From positions 1 through 42,080 of the forward strand of contig CAZMXD010000001.1 in NCBI GenBank assembly GCA_964570185.1: 42,080 bases of DNA, given 5' to 3'. Both the position numbers and the translations under genes were made by a program. Each line of letters begins with the position of its first letter. The first letter of the stretch is position 1. Positions 1-9,602 of this stretch are shown here, piece after piece. A model generated the notes under the pieces. It saw only the letters and a list, made by a program, of their open reading frames with translations, was not told the origin of the DNA and ran no database searches. This DNA is from an uncultured Nitrospina sp. GTDB taxonomy: Bacteria; Nitrospinota; Nitrospinia; Nitrospinales; VA-1.

Positions 1-386
1 ACCCCGGTTACGGATGTGATACCGGGTACAACAAGAAAAGGAATATTGGATTTCTTGGCAGCTTGTATCTCTTCACCACCGCGTCCAAAAATAAAAGGGT
101 CCCCTCCTTTGAGTCGGACGACAACTTTTCCTTCTTGGGCTTTTTCAACCAACAGTGAGTTGATTTTTTCCTGTTCCAGGCTGGCAATACCTTCTTTTTT
201 CCCGACATAAAAAATTTCAGTCTCCTTTTGTGCGAAACGAAGCAGGTCTTCATTTACCAGGTGGTCGTAAAGGATGACCTCGGCTTTCTGTAACCAGCTT
301 TTTCCTTGCAGGGTCAAAAGGCTTACATCTCCGGGGCCCGCACCGATAAGGATTATTTTCCCTGGTTTGTTCTTTGAATCATTCAT
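1..386 (-). CDS. cobA: uroporphyrinogen-III C-methyltransferase (SUMT), N-terminal part; the gene runs off the left edge
   Basis: Absent from the ORF track because there is no stop in the window. My reverse-complement translation from ATG 386..384 reads MNDSKNKPGKIILIGAGPGDVSLLTLQGKSWLQKAEVILYDHLVNEDLL...VVRLKGGDPFIFGRGGEEIQAAKKSNIPFLVVPGITSVTG. GAGPGD, GGDPFIFGRGGEE and VPGITS are classic SUMT/CysG-type motifs. The start overlaps the rsmA stop by 8 nt. Confidence 0.8.
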   Translation of the reverse strand, partial: MNDSKNKPGKIILIGAGPGDVSLLTLQGKSWLQKAEVILYDHLVNEDLLRFAQKETEIFYVGKKEGIASLEQEKINSLLVEKAQEGKVVVRLKGGDPFIFGRGGEEIQAAKKSNIPFLVVPGITSVTG

Positions 387-1167
387 TGGAAGAGTCAATG
401 TGATTGGCCAAGTTTGCGAAGTCAGACATGGTCAGGGTTTCTCCGCGTCTCGAAAGGTCAATACCGGCAAGACATGTTTGCCCTTGTTTGTTTTCAAAAT
501 TATTTTTCCAGGCTTTCAAATTATTCTTGAGCATTTTTCGTTTATGGAAAAATGCCGCATTGACTATTTTAAAAAACAGTTGTGGATCTTTCACTTGTAC
601 CTTGGGTCGAGGCAGAGGTTTCAATGAAAACAGGGTTGAATCTATTTTCGGCCGGGGTGAAAAAGCGGTATTGGGTATTTCCAAGAGCCGTTCAACCTGG
701 CAATGATACTGCACGTAAACTGATAAGGAACCGTATTCTTTATTTCCCGGTTCGGCGGTAAGTCGGTCGACCACTTCTTTTTGCATCATCAAGGTCATAG
801 ACTGAATTCTGTTGCCAAAGTGAATCAGTTTTTTCATTATATGAGTTGCGGCGTAATAGGGAAGGTTAGATACAACCTTGAACCCTCGCTCCAGGGAAGA
901 GTAGTCGTATTTCGCGGCATCTCCTTCAATGATTCTAAATGAATAGGCCTCATTTTTAAAACGATTTTCGAGTTCCCCGCATAATTTGGGATCCAGTTCT
1001 ATGGCTGTTAAGGATCTTGATAACGGGAGTAATCTCTGGGTGAGTATGGCTTTTCCGGGACCTATCTCTACGACATCATCTTCTGTATTAATTTGCGCGA
1101 GTTCGACAATGCTTTTCGCTATTTCGGAATCGACCAGAAAGTTTTGCCCGAGAGGCCTTTTTCTCAT
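379..1167 (-). CDS. rsmA: 16S rRNA (adenine1518/1519-N6)-dimethyltransferase
   Basis: 262-aa ORF. N-terminus KRPLGQNFLVDSEIAKSIVE, SAM-binding VVEIGPGKAILT and the NLPYY motif are typical of KsgA/RsmA. ATGA start/stop overlap with pdxA at 1164..1167, and pdxA-ksgA linkage is conserved. Confidence 0.93.
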   Translation of the reverse strand: MRKRPLGQNFLVDSEIAKSIVELAQINTEDDVVEIGPGKAILTQRLLPLSRSLTAIELDPKLCGELENRFKNEAYSFRIIEGDAAKYDYSSLERGFKVVSNLPYYAATHIMKKLIHFGNRIQSMTLMMQKEVVDRLTAEPGNKEYGSLSVYVQYHCQVERLLEIPNTAFSPRPKIDSTLFSLKPLPRPKVQVKDPQLFFKIVNAAFFHKRKMLKNNLKAWKNNFENKQGQTCLAGIDLSRRGETLTMSDFANLANHIDSSNE

Positions 1168-2162
1168 TGCATGGAGAGGGTAGATTGTGACAATTTACCC
1201 GCGGTTTTCAAAGCTAATTTCAGGTTTTCAGGAGAGGCTTTATTTTGGCCTACGATATCATACGCCGTGCCATGGTCAACAGAGGTGCGCAAAATAGGCA
1301 GACCCAGAGTGATATTGACTCCCATGCCGTTCATCTTGACAGGGATCATGCCTTGGTCGTGATACATGCAGATGACAGCATCGTATTTATCTGATATGTC
1401 TCTTGCAAACAATGCGTCTGCGGGGTGAGGGCCGCTTACCCTGATACCTTCTTTCTGAGCTGATTTCAAAGCGGGAAGAATAAATTCTGTTTCTTCCTCA
1501 CCAAAGATACCTTCATCTCCACAATGCGGATTGAGTCCCACCACGGCAATCCGCGGAGTTTCTGTAACATATTTCTTTAACCAGTCATGAGTTACGCAAA
1601 TAGCCTGCAAAATTCTTTCTTTAGAAATTTGTGATTTAACCTGCTCCAATGGGAGGTGGGTAGTTACTAATACCACCCGCATGGAATTGCTTTCCATCAT
1701 TAGTGTGGGCTCTTTTGAGTTTGTAAGCTGACCCAAAAGTTCGGTATGCCCTGGAAAATGGTGCCCGGCTAAATGTAAACTTTTTTTATTGATGGGGCAT
1801 GTGGTGATGGCATCTACTTCATCATTGAGGGCTAATGTAACCGCCTTGTAAATAGCTTCGTAACTGGCCTTACCGCCTTCCGCGGAGGCTTCTCCTATTG
1901 AAAGTGTTTCGGAAACATTATTCAGATCGATGATATCTATCGTGCCAGGTTGATATAAGCCTTCTTTAGGTGACGCAACCGAATGCACCCGAATTTCGGG
2001 AGCGATTTGTTCGGCTTTCTTTTTTAGCAGGCGGGCATCGCCAATGACCAGGATCTTGGTGTCGACAGACAGGACTTCATCCTGAAAAGCTTTTAAAATA
2101 ATTTCAGGTCCGATCCCTGCGGGGTCTCCCTGGGTCAAAGCAATGATGGGCGAAGCTTCCAT
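1164..2162 (-). CDS. pdxA: 4-hydroxythreonine-4-phosphate dehydrogenase
   Basis: 332-aa ORF. LTQGDPAGIGPEI near the N-terminus, HLAGHHFPGHTE, and GLNPHCGDEG...SVDHGTAYDI near the C-terminus are PdxA family signatures. Confidence 0.93.
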   Translation of the reverse strand: MEASPIIALTQGDPAGIGPEIILKAFQDEVLSVDTKILVIGDARLLKKKAEQIAPEIRVHSVASPKEGLYQPGTIDIIDLNNVSETLSIGEASAEGGKASYEAIYKAVTLALNDEVDAITTCPINKKSLHLAGHHFPGHTELLGQLTNSKEPTLMMESNSMRVVLVTTHLPLEQVKSQISKERILQAICVTHDWLKKYVTETPRIAVVGLNPHCGDEGIFGEEETEFILPALKSAQKEGIRVSGPHPADALFARDISDKYDAVICMYHDQGMIPVKMNGMGVNITLGLPILRTSVDHGTAYDIVGQNKASPENLKLALKTAGKLSQSTLSMQ

Positions 2163-2267
2163 TTTTGAGTTCTCTTAATAAATTAGGAAAAAGCTTTTAC
2201 CAATTTTAAAATTCCATAAAGTTTTTTTCTTTTTGGATAACTAAGATGGTGAAAGAAAAAGTCCTCG

Positions 2268-2306
2268 AGCAAAAAATAAACCCGCCCTTGGACTCCAAGA
2301 GCGGGT
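2268..2306 (-). terminator. rho-independent terminator downstream of pckA
   Basis: In the minus-strand sense: ACCCGCTCTTGGAGTCCAAGGGCGGGT followed by TTTATTTTTTG. The outer stem ACCCGC/GCGGGT (2280..2285 with 2301..2306) and inner stem CTTGG/CCAAG are followed by a T-rich tail, about 27 nt after the pckA stop. Confidence 0.6.
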
Positions 2307-2332
2307 ATAAAAAATTTGGTATTTGGAATCCG

Positions 2333-3988
2333 CTATTTTCTCAGCTCATGAATTTTTCCGGAAGTTTTACCTCTTTTATTAACAGGCCTGGGGCTCGCGT
2401 CGAGAATTTTACTGTCGACGTTGCTTTCATATTCCTTGAAATTTTCAATAAACTGAACTGCCAGTTCATTGGCTTTTTCATCATAGGCTTCTGGGTTTTT
2501 CCATGTGTTTCTAGGGAACAGGCATTCTTTTGGAACCCCTTTAACAGCAAGAGGAATATGGATCCCGAATACAGGATCTTCTTTGGTTTCCCCATTATCA
2601 AGCTGTCCTTCTAAAATGGCATTAATCATGGCACGTGTGTATTTTATTTCTATTCTTTTTCCCACACCATAGGCACCACCTGTCCAGCCGGTGTTGACAA
2701 GCCAGCATCGGACTTTATGTTTTGCGATTTTTTCGCCGAGCATGTCCGCATAAACGGAAGGATGCAGTGACATGAAGGGGGCGCCAAAACACGTACTGAA
2801 AATGGCGGTTGGCTCCCGGCTCATCCCTTTTTCCGTGCCTGCTACTTTTGCCGTGTAACCGGAAATAAAATGATACATGGCCTGTTCTGGTGTCATCCTG
2901 GATACAGGCGGCATCACGCCATAGGCATCGCAGGTAAGCATGATTACGTTGTCCGGATGACCTCCCATTCCGTCACGTACGGCATTGTTTATATGGCTGA
3001 TTGGATAACTTGCTCGTGTATTTTCCGTCAGGCTGGCATCATCGAGATCGAGTCTTCTGGCCTGTGGACTTAAAGCAACGTTTTCCAGCAGGGTGCCGAA
3101 TCGACGCGTACAATCAAAAATTTCTGGTTCTGACTTTTTCGAAAGACGTATTACTTTGGCATAACAACCGCCTTCAAAGTTAAAGACGCCGCGATCGCTC
3201 CATCCATGCTCGTCATCTCCAATCAGTTTTCTTTTTGGATCCGCGGATAAAGTGGTTTTGCCGGTCCCAGAAAGGCCAAAGAATATCGCGGAGTCGCCTG
3301 TTTTACCAATATTAGCGGAGCAATGCATGGATAGTACGGATTGTTTTTGCGGTAAAAGATAATTCAAAATGGAGAAAACAGATTTCTTGATCTCGCCGGC
3401 GTAACTGGTACCTCCAATTAGGACTAACTGCTTACCAAAGTCGACAATAACGAAAACTTCTGAGTTGGTTCCATCAATAGCCGGCACGGCTTTGAAATCA
3501 GGCACATGCATGACGGTAAAAGCGGGATCATGGTTCTCCAGCTTTGCCATGTCCTTAATCTGAATAAACATATTACGTGCGAACAAATTGTGCCACGCGT
3601 GCTCGGTAATTACACGTATATGGGTCTGATGCTTCGGATCACACCCTGCGCAACAATCTTGAACATAGACTTCCTTGCCTTGCAAATAAGCCAATACCCG
3701 CGAATAGAGGGCTTCAAATTGTTCTACAGAAATAGGGCGATTTACTTTTCCCCACCAGATATTTTCCTGGCTTGATGGTTCTTTAACGATAAACTTATCG
3801 TTAGGAGCCCTTCCTGTGTGCTCCCCGGTAGTTACGCATACCGGCCCTAAGTGAGATAATTGGCCTTCCTTTTTGGAAATGATGTGTTCGTATAACTCAG
3901 GAGTGGACAGGTTCCAGTGTATTTTTTTTAAGTTTTTGAGCCCATGGGTCTCTAAACCTACTTTATGCTTTAAAACATTTTGCGGCAT
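2333..3988 (-). CDS. pckA: phosphoenolpyruvate carboxykinase (ATP)
   Basis: 551-aa ORF. The kinase-1a loop FFGLSGTGKTTLS, IGDDEHGW and NTGWTGG motifs, together with the length, match ATP-dependent PEPCK. Confidence 0.95.
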   Translation of the reverse strand: MPQNVLKHKVGLETHGLKNLKKIHWNLSTPELYEHIISKKEGQLSHLGPVCVTTGEHTGRAPNDKFIVKEPSSQENIWWGKVNRPISVEQFEALYSRVLAYLQGKEVYVQDCCAGCDPKHQTHIRVITEHAWHNLFARNMFIQIKDMAKLENHDPAFTVMHVPDFKAVPAIDGTNSEVFVIVDFGKQLVLIGGTSYAGEIKKSVFSILNYLLPQKQSVLSMHCSANIGKTGDSAIFFGLSGTGKTTLSADPKRKLIGDDEHGWSDRGVFNFEGGCYAKVIRLSKKSEPEIFDCTRRFGTLLENVALSPQARRLDLDDASLTENTRASYPISHINNAVRDGMGGHPDNVIMLTCDAYGVMPPVSRMTPEQAMYHFISGYTAKVAGTEKGMSREPTAIFSTCFGAPFMSLHPSVYADMLGEKIAKHKVRCWLVNTGWTGGAYGVGKRIEIKYTRAMINAILEGQLDNGETKEDPVFGIHIPLAVKGVPKECLFPRNTWKNPEAYDEKANELAVQFIENFKEYESNVDSKILDASPRPVNKRGKTSGKIHELRK

Positions 3989-4170
3989 TGACTAGATTCC
4001 TTTATGATAAGGCGTTGAGTTACCTTAAACCCTTGTTGTTAATAAGCTTCCGCTTCCTGTAGGGTCAGATGATTAACAATAGCTTATATTATCATATTAG
4101 CCGGGGATAAAAATAGGTTTTTGGCATAAACGCACGACATTTTCAGGAAAAAAATTGGAAAATTTAGCAT

Positions 4171-5088
4171 ATGTTTAGTTTTTTGGAAAAAAAGAAAAAT
4201 GAACCGGAAATCAGGGTCCTTGCAAGGGAACGCAGTCCCTATAATGAAATTTATGTCATCCGAAAGGGCGATTATCGGGAGCTTTGGTTCAAGGGCAATG
4301 GAGATTACTTTCTTCAAAGTCGCGTAAATATAAGCCAGCAAAAGCAACTGGCCTTGGTCTATTCAAATATGATGATGGCGTCATTACTTTTTTGTCCTAA
4401 CCCCCGTAAGTTACTGATGGTTGGATTAGGCGGGGGCTCGGTCACCAATTTTCTCAGCGAGTGGTTTCCGGATTTAAAAATTGATGTGGTAGAAATTGAT
4501 AAGAAAGTAATTGAAATTTCCAAAAAGTATTTTTTTCTTCAGGAATCTAATCACTATCGAGTTTTTCAAGAGGATGGGAGAGTGTTTATCAAAAACCGAA
4601 AAGGGCAGGAACAGTACGACTGGATCATCCTTGATGCTTTTAAAAGTGGTTCTATACCCTACCATTTAAAAACCCATGAGTTTTACAAAGAAATTCGTTC
4701 TATTTTAAAACCTAACGGGGTGGTTGGATCGAACTTGTATGGTAAAGGCAATGCTTTAAAACCCCGTGACACCAAGACTTTTTTATCTGTTTTCCAAAAT
4801 ATATATTGTTTTGAGGATGCGGAGAATGTCGCGACAGTACTCATCGCAAATGATGGCCCGCGCTGGAGTGAAAGAAAAATTCGCGGGAGCGCGAAAACTT
4901 TTAAAAAAATGCCAGAACCTTTTTTAATGCAAGAGGTTGCTAAAAACTATCAGGCGGGGAAATTTGTTGAAGAGTCTGCAACCAGATTTGATGATCATTT
5001 TTCGGATAAAGGGTTTCTGCATGATGTGAACAAAGAAAACCTGCAAAATATTAAGCCCCGGCGTTATCCCATAAAAAATATTCACTGA
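4171..5088 (+). CDS. spermidine synthase-like SAM/dcSAM-dependent transferase (function not assigned)
   Basis: 305-aa ORF. LLMVGLGGGSVTNFL ... DVVEIDKKVIEISKKYF ... WIILDAF is the Rossmann-fold pattern of spermidine-synthase-family proteins. No TM segments. Confidence 0.65.
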   Translation: MFSFLEKKKNEPEIRVLARERSPYNEIYVIRKGDYRELWFKGNGDYFLQSRVNISQQKQLALVYSNMMMASLLFCPNPRKLLMVGLGGGSVTNFLSEWFPDLKIDVVEIDKKVIEISKKYFFLQESNHYRVFQEDGRVFIKNRKGQEQYDWIILDAFKSGSIPYHLKTHEFYKEIRSILKPNGVVGSNLYGKGNALKPRDTKTFLSVFQNIYCFEDAENVATVLIANDGPRWSERKIRGSAKTFKKMPEPFLMQEVAKNYQAGKFVEESATRFDDHFSDKGFLHDVNKENLQNIKPRRYPIKNIH

Positions 5089-5109
5089 AAAACGGTTTGA
5101 GAATTTTCT

Positions 5110-8100
5110 TTACCCGGGTAAGTCGAAGACCTGCACTCTTCGGCCGTCAAAGTTGGCTGCGGCCAGGCGACCGTCATGGATTGAAAGTCCGGCCGTCTTG
5201 CCAAGTTCCCCGATTCTGTTACCTTGTTTGCGATAAAAATCTATCACATCGAAATTGTTATTCAAATGGATGATCTGACTGTGCCAAAAGTCGGAGGCAT
5301 ATATTCCATATTGCGGGTCACAGGCAAGAAAATAAATATCATCGAAACCCAAATCTTCCTTACTTACTTTATTGATCAAATTTCCCTCGGCATCAAAATG
5401 CTTTAATAAGCATTCTGACCGGTCACCGATTATAGTTCCGCCCTCCTTGAGACAGAAAACTCCGCAGGGTCCATTCAAGTTTTTGGATTGCTCGGTAGTG
5501 AGCGATTGTAGGGTTTCTTTGCCATTTGAATCAAAAATTGTAATACGGTTGTGGTCAGGGTCTGCGACATGAATGTAATCTTGAGGATCGACAGAAAGGG
5601 AAAAAACATGACCAAGAATTCCTTCTTGAAATTGAAGGATAAAGTTTCCCGTCGCATCAAATTTTTTTATCGCTCCGTTACCCTCGTCAATAACATAAAT
5701 ATTATTCTGGCTATCCGTTGCCAAATTCGCTGGATATTTAAAGGCGTTAGAAGTGTTCCCCCAAGAGCCAAAATGAAACTTATATTTTCCTTCGGATGTA
5801 TAGCAAAATATATGGTGTTGCTCATAGTCGGTGACTAAAAGATCCCCGCTACTATTATGAGTAAGACCTTGCGGGGTTATGGGTAACCCGATTTCTGAGC
5901 CTGCTTTGCTGAAAGAAAAAATTTGTTTTAGCGAGGCCTGTGGCTCGGAAGGATTTGCCTCCGCAAAATTAAAAATCAAATTCAGCAAACTTTTTATTTT
6001 TGCGGTTCTTTTGAATTTCAACTCCAGTCGTTCAATTTTTGCCTGAAATTCGCTAATTTTAGCTTCCACATTAATGGATTCATCAATATCGGAAACTTGA
6101 AAAGCGGAGGCCAGTTGTTTTTGTTTTTCTCTGTAACCAAGTAATTCAAAGTTTTGGGATTTTCTTTCTCGCGAAATTTCTTGGGTCTGTCTTTCGATTG
6201 TCTCGGAATAAGATTTGAGCGCATCGATTAAATTTGAGCCTTCCTGACTCGGATTTAATATCCTGACGATTGCGGTGCCTATAACAAGCTGATGCAAATT
6301 GAGATTTTCATTGATTTCGATTCCTTTAATCATTCTTCGCATTAGATTTAACTGAAACTCTATGATGGAGATATTATTTTGAATGCCGATGGGAGTTATT
6401 TTGTCTTCCGTCCCCACTTGTTTCAGTTGTGCGTCTAGATCTCTTCTTTGTCTGCCCAAATCATCAAGTTGTATCAATAACTCTTCGGTTTTATCTTGAA
6501 AAACGGATTGAGTTTTTAGCGTGGCCAGATTTTTCTCGATCAGTTCTTTTTTTTGATTGGCAAGGGAACCGGGTTTATATCGAATAGGCCCCCATGACAA
6601 GATTTCATCCTCAAACTTAATTTCGGCAGATTGCGCCCGGATAATTTGAGAGATTTTTTCTATATCCAGATTTTCAGAATCAAAAGCAACAGGCGAGAAA
6701 TCATCAATACTGGGTTCAATGATAGAATTGTCTTCATTAACCCAATGGGGAAAGGCGGCATCCATTGTTTCAAATAACTGGGGTTCTAGATATTCAAGTA
6801 TTTGCCACTGTTCATGGAAACGGATCAATATTCTTATGGCATTTTCGGTGAAAACAGATCTTGAAGTTAGTCCGCAAACAAGGTCCTTTATTTTTTCGTT
6901 ATTCACGGCTTGCCTGGCAAGAATCTTCAAAATTTGACAATGCGCTCTTAGAGGAAATTGTAATTGCAAAAGAAGATCCATTGTCCTGCAATTTTGATGA
7001 TATTTAATAAGAAAGGAGGGCAGCTGATCGCTTCCGTCATTTCCTAAGATTTTGACCATAGACTCCTCCGATTTTTCTTTCTGGTCAAAATAATTCTTTA
7101 TTACATCTGTTGATTTTTCCCACTGGCGTAACATGCAATCAGAAAGGCTTTCCCGCTGGATCTCGCTGGTTTCGCTTTCAGAAAAATAATAAATACATTC
7201 GTAAAGCTGTTGAGATGCTTTTCGAAAGGTATTGAATTTAGAGCGGGTTTCCCGGAAGTATTTTCTGTCTTCTTCTTCGTAGGTATAAAGGTCGTGATTA
7301 AAATCTCGAAGTCCTTGAGGATCTTTTTGAATTAAAATTTGCTCTTTTATCTGTTCCTCATTAAATTGTTGGGCTTTTTCCTGCCAGATCTCAAAAGTGG
7401 ACAACATTTCTTCTCTGCATTGATTGAGTCGGTTCTCTAATAATGAGATGGCAAGATTCAAACTGGACTCAGTAATTTCTTTGCCGGCAAAGGCTAATCG
7501 TCCTAAACGAAGCGGGGATTGCATACTTAGGTTTTTAGTAGAATCGTCCAACAACTTTAAAGTGTGTTCTAATGCAACAAAAGATTTGGCCTCGTTTTTG
7601 AGTTTTTCCTGTACGAGAGAATAATAATTAACAAACTCATAGGAAGAGGGTTCCTGTTTTGAAAGCTTTTCCGACAGGATATCTTCTTCTTCTGCTGAAA
7701 CTTGATATTTATCGATTTTTGTATCAAATGTTGAGCCGATAAATAAATTTCCCGCGGTATCCACTAATGTAAGGCAAGGCGCTTCCAGTGGCATGCCTGC
7801 GCTATCAATCGAACTCAAATATTGACCGAAGCATGAAAATATCTGGATCCGGTTATTGTTAAGATCAGCGATATAAAGTAAATCGTTCGATGCGATCGAA
7901 ATACAAAGCGGATATTGGAATTGCCCGGGTTCGGTTCCGGTTTGACCGAAAGTTAAAATTTTCTGCCATTGGGAGTTGAATTTGTGTATACGGTGATTTC
8001 CGCTGTCCGCAATAAAAAAGTTTCCACAACTGTCCTTGGCAATGGATGTTGGAAACTCGAATAAGGGGGGAGCTATTAGGTTTAACGGGGTTTCGTACAG

Positions 8101-8601
8101 GTCTGCCAGGTTTTCTTCAAGAGTGGTTCCTCTTTGTCCTACCCAACCCAGGGATTTACCATCCTTGTTGAAGAATTGAATTCTGTGATTGTATCTTTCC
8201 ACCACAATTAAAACACCAGAAGAATCAAGAAGTACATCGTAAGGTTCGTTCAATTCCCCTTTATGATCTCCACAGGAACCGAAAGATTGAAGTGGCTTGC
8301 CTTGCGAATCAAATTTTTGTATTCGATGATTCCAACTGTCTGCGACAAAGATGTTACCTTCTTTATCTACGGCAATACCTTTAGGGTATTGAAGTTGTCC
8401 GATATCTTTTCCTTTTTCGCTAAAACTTGTTATCAGATTGAATTGCGGATCGTAAACCTGTATGCGGTGATTAAAATCATCGGCTAAGAGAATATTTCCT
8501 TCCCGGGTGAAGCATAGTCCGGAAGGAGGAGATAATTCCTCAGGCCCTTCTTCTTGTTTTCTATATGAATTTTTGAAATTTATTGGGAAAACGGAGGTCA
8601 T
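5110..8601 (-). CDS. large NHL-repeat protein: N-terminal NHL propeller, long alpha-helical middle, C-terminal NHL propeller
   Basis: 1163-aa ORF. About six N-terminal repeats of the type GNILLADDFNHRIQVYD, GNIFVADSWNHRIQKFD, NHRIQFFN, NHRIHKFN, NNRIQIFS. About six more lie in the last 280 aa (LLVTDYEQHHIFCYT, IYVIDEGNGAIKKFD, IHVADPDHNRITIFD ...). The middle roughly 580 aa is rich in E/K/Q/L. No N-terminal hydrophobic signal. Confidence 0.85.
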   Translation of the reverse strand: MTSVFPINFKNSYRKQEEGPEELSPPSGLCFTREGNILLADDFNHRIQVYDPQFNLITSFSEKGKDIGQLQYPKGIAVDKEGNIFVADSWNHRIQKFDSQGKPLQSFGSCGDHKGELNEPYDVLLDSSGVLIVVERYNHRIQFFNKDGKSLGWVGQRGTTLEENLADLYETPLNLIAPPLFEFPTSIAKDSCGNFFIADSGNHRIHKFNSQWQKILTFGQTGTEPGQFQYPLCISIASNDLLYIADLNNNRIQIFSCFGQYLSSIDSAGMPLEAPCLTLVDTAGNLFIGSTFDTKIDKYQVSAEEEDILSEKLSKQEPSSYEFVNYYSLVQEKLKNEAKSFVALEHTLKLLDDSTKNLSMQSPLRLGRLAFAGKEITESSLNLAISLLENRLNQCREEMLSTFEIWQEKAQQFNEEQIKEQILIQKDPQGLRDFNHDLYTYEEEDRKYFRETRSKFNTFRKASQQLYECIYYFSESETSEIQRESLSDCMLRQWEKSTDVIKNYFDQKEKSEESMVKILGNDGSDQLPSFLIKYHQNCRTMDLLLQLQFPLRAHCQILKILARQAVNNEKIKDLVCGLTSRSVFTENAIRILIRFHEQWQILEYLEPQLFETMDAAFPHWVNEDNSIIEPSIDDFSPVAFDSENLDIEKISQIIRAQSAEIKFEDEILSWGPIRYKPGSLANQKKELIEKNLATLKTQSVFQDKTEELLIQLDDLGRQRRDLDAQLKQVGTEDKITPIGIQNNISIIEFQLNLMRRMIKGIEINENLNLHQLVIGTAIVRILNPSQEGSNLIDALKSYSETIERQTQEISRERKSQNFELLGYREKQKQLASAFQVSDIDESINVEAKISEFQAKIERLELKFKRTAKIKSLLNLIFNFAEANPSEPQASLKQIFSFSKAGSEIGLPITPQGLTHNSSGDLLVTDYEQHHIFCYTSEGKYKFHFGSWGNTSNAFKYPANLATDSQNNIYVIDEGNGAIKKFDATGNFILQFQEGILGHVFSLSVDPQDYIHVADPDHNRITIFDSNGKETLQSLTTEQSKNLNGPCGVFCLKEGGTIIGDRSECLLKHFDAEGNLINKVSKEDLGFDDIYFLACDPQYGIYASDFWHSQIIHLNNNFDVIDFYRKQGNRIGELGKTAGLSIHDGRLAAANFDGRRVQVFDLPG

Positions 8602-8725
8602 GTTAGCCTTTGATGAAACGGAAGGGTGGCTGTTAGAAAATCGTGATCCTATTCAGTCAGGCCGCATTTAATCATAAAAGCCGGCATATTACAATCGACC
8701 ACGAAGGCAAGAAAACATAAAATTC

Positions 8726-9427
8726 CTACAATTTTATTGCCACACCGATTTGGTTATCGCTTTTCTTAATGTTCCATTGGTTTGAGGATTCGACCTCCTC
8801 TTGCCAGACTTTTAGGACACCGGGAAAATCTGGATGCAGATCATGAAGAATCAAAATGCCACCCCTACGGACTTTAGGGGCCCAAATATCGAAATCCACT
8901 TTTGCGCCACGGTCAAAAATCGGCTGATGATCTTCAGGAGGAACCATTTTCCCATTTTTAAGCCAACCTTTAATTCCATACTTATGAATATCTTCGGCAG
9001 ATATAATCAATGGACCAGATTCAAAGTATTCATGCCATCCATCTATAAATAAAAGGTCGATTTTTTTGTCTGCCGGCCATTGTTTAGCCGCTTTTTGGGA
9101 GTATGCGCGGCCTGAAGTCACTACTTTTTGCAATTGCCAATAAGCGATATTATCGTTCCAGGACTTCCATATGTCCTGTTCCATAATGCATTCTGCGCCC
9201 TCTATCAGGTTCCAATGGTCGAAACAATATAGATGTCCTTCTCCGGAATTCTTAATCGCATTTCCCAAAATTACCGAACTTCTGCCATGCCACGAACCTA
9301 TTTCAACAATGGTACCGGGATTGTTCAATGCTGTAAGGTAAAGTATTTCGGCATGTTCTTTTGGCATATATGGGGAAGAAATGTGTTGTGCCCGATTCCA
9401 AATATCGTCAAATGTTTTTACAAACAT
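8726..9427 (-). CDS. class I SAM-dependent methyltransferase (Methyltransf_24-like)
   Basis: 233-aa ORF. VEIGSWHGRSSVILGNAI (motif I), LLFIDGWHEY and GGILILHD follow the pattern of O-methyltransferase-like proteins common in glycan clusters. Confidence 0.7.
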   Translation of the reverse strand: MFVKTFDDIWNRAQHISSPYMPKEHAEILYLTALNNPGTIVEIGSWHGRSSVILGNAIKNSGEGHLYCFDHWNLIEGAECIMEQDIWKSWNDNIAYWQLQKVVTSGRAYSQKAAKQWPADKKIDLLFIDGWHEYFESGPLIISAEDIHKYGIKGWLKNGKMVPPEDHQPIFDRGAKVDFDIWAPKVRRGGILILHDLHPDFPGVLKVWQEEVESSNQWNIKKSDNQIGVAIKL

Positions 9428-9602
9428 GAGCTATCCTTTTGCAAAAAAATTGGGTTATGAAAATAATTCCCGGGAGTGATCAATGGAAGAATCGTTGATA
9501 AAGATTACTCGATAGGATATTTGAACGTATTTTAGTTTGCGATAATAATCGTGGCCAAAGTTACGTTTTGTAAAGGAATAGTTTTAAAACAAGATTGGTT
9601 TT

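Noticed and set aside
8-253. Tracked 81-aa minus-strand ORF (Lys-rich, MKTCFVSHKRRLKFF...)
   Set aside because: It lies in the wrong frame of the same strand as the convincing SUMT (cobA) reading frame, which runs 386 to 1. Its low-complexity basic composition is typical of an off-frame artefact.
274-706. Plus-strand ORFs 274..627 and 404..706; similar antisense ORFs exist inside pckA, the NHL gene, moeA and others (e.g. 2246..2614, 41129..41521)
   Set aside because: They are shadow ORFs opposite strongly supported genes. They have no recognisable motifs and odd composition.
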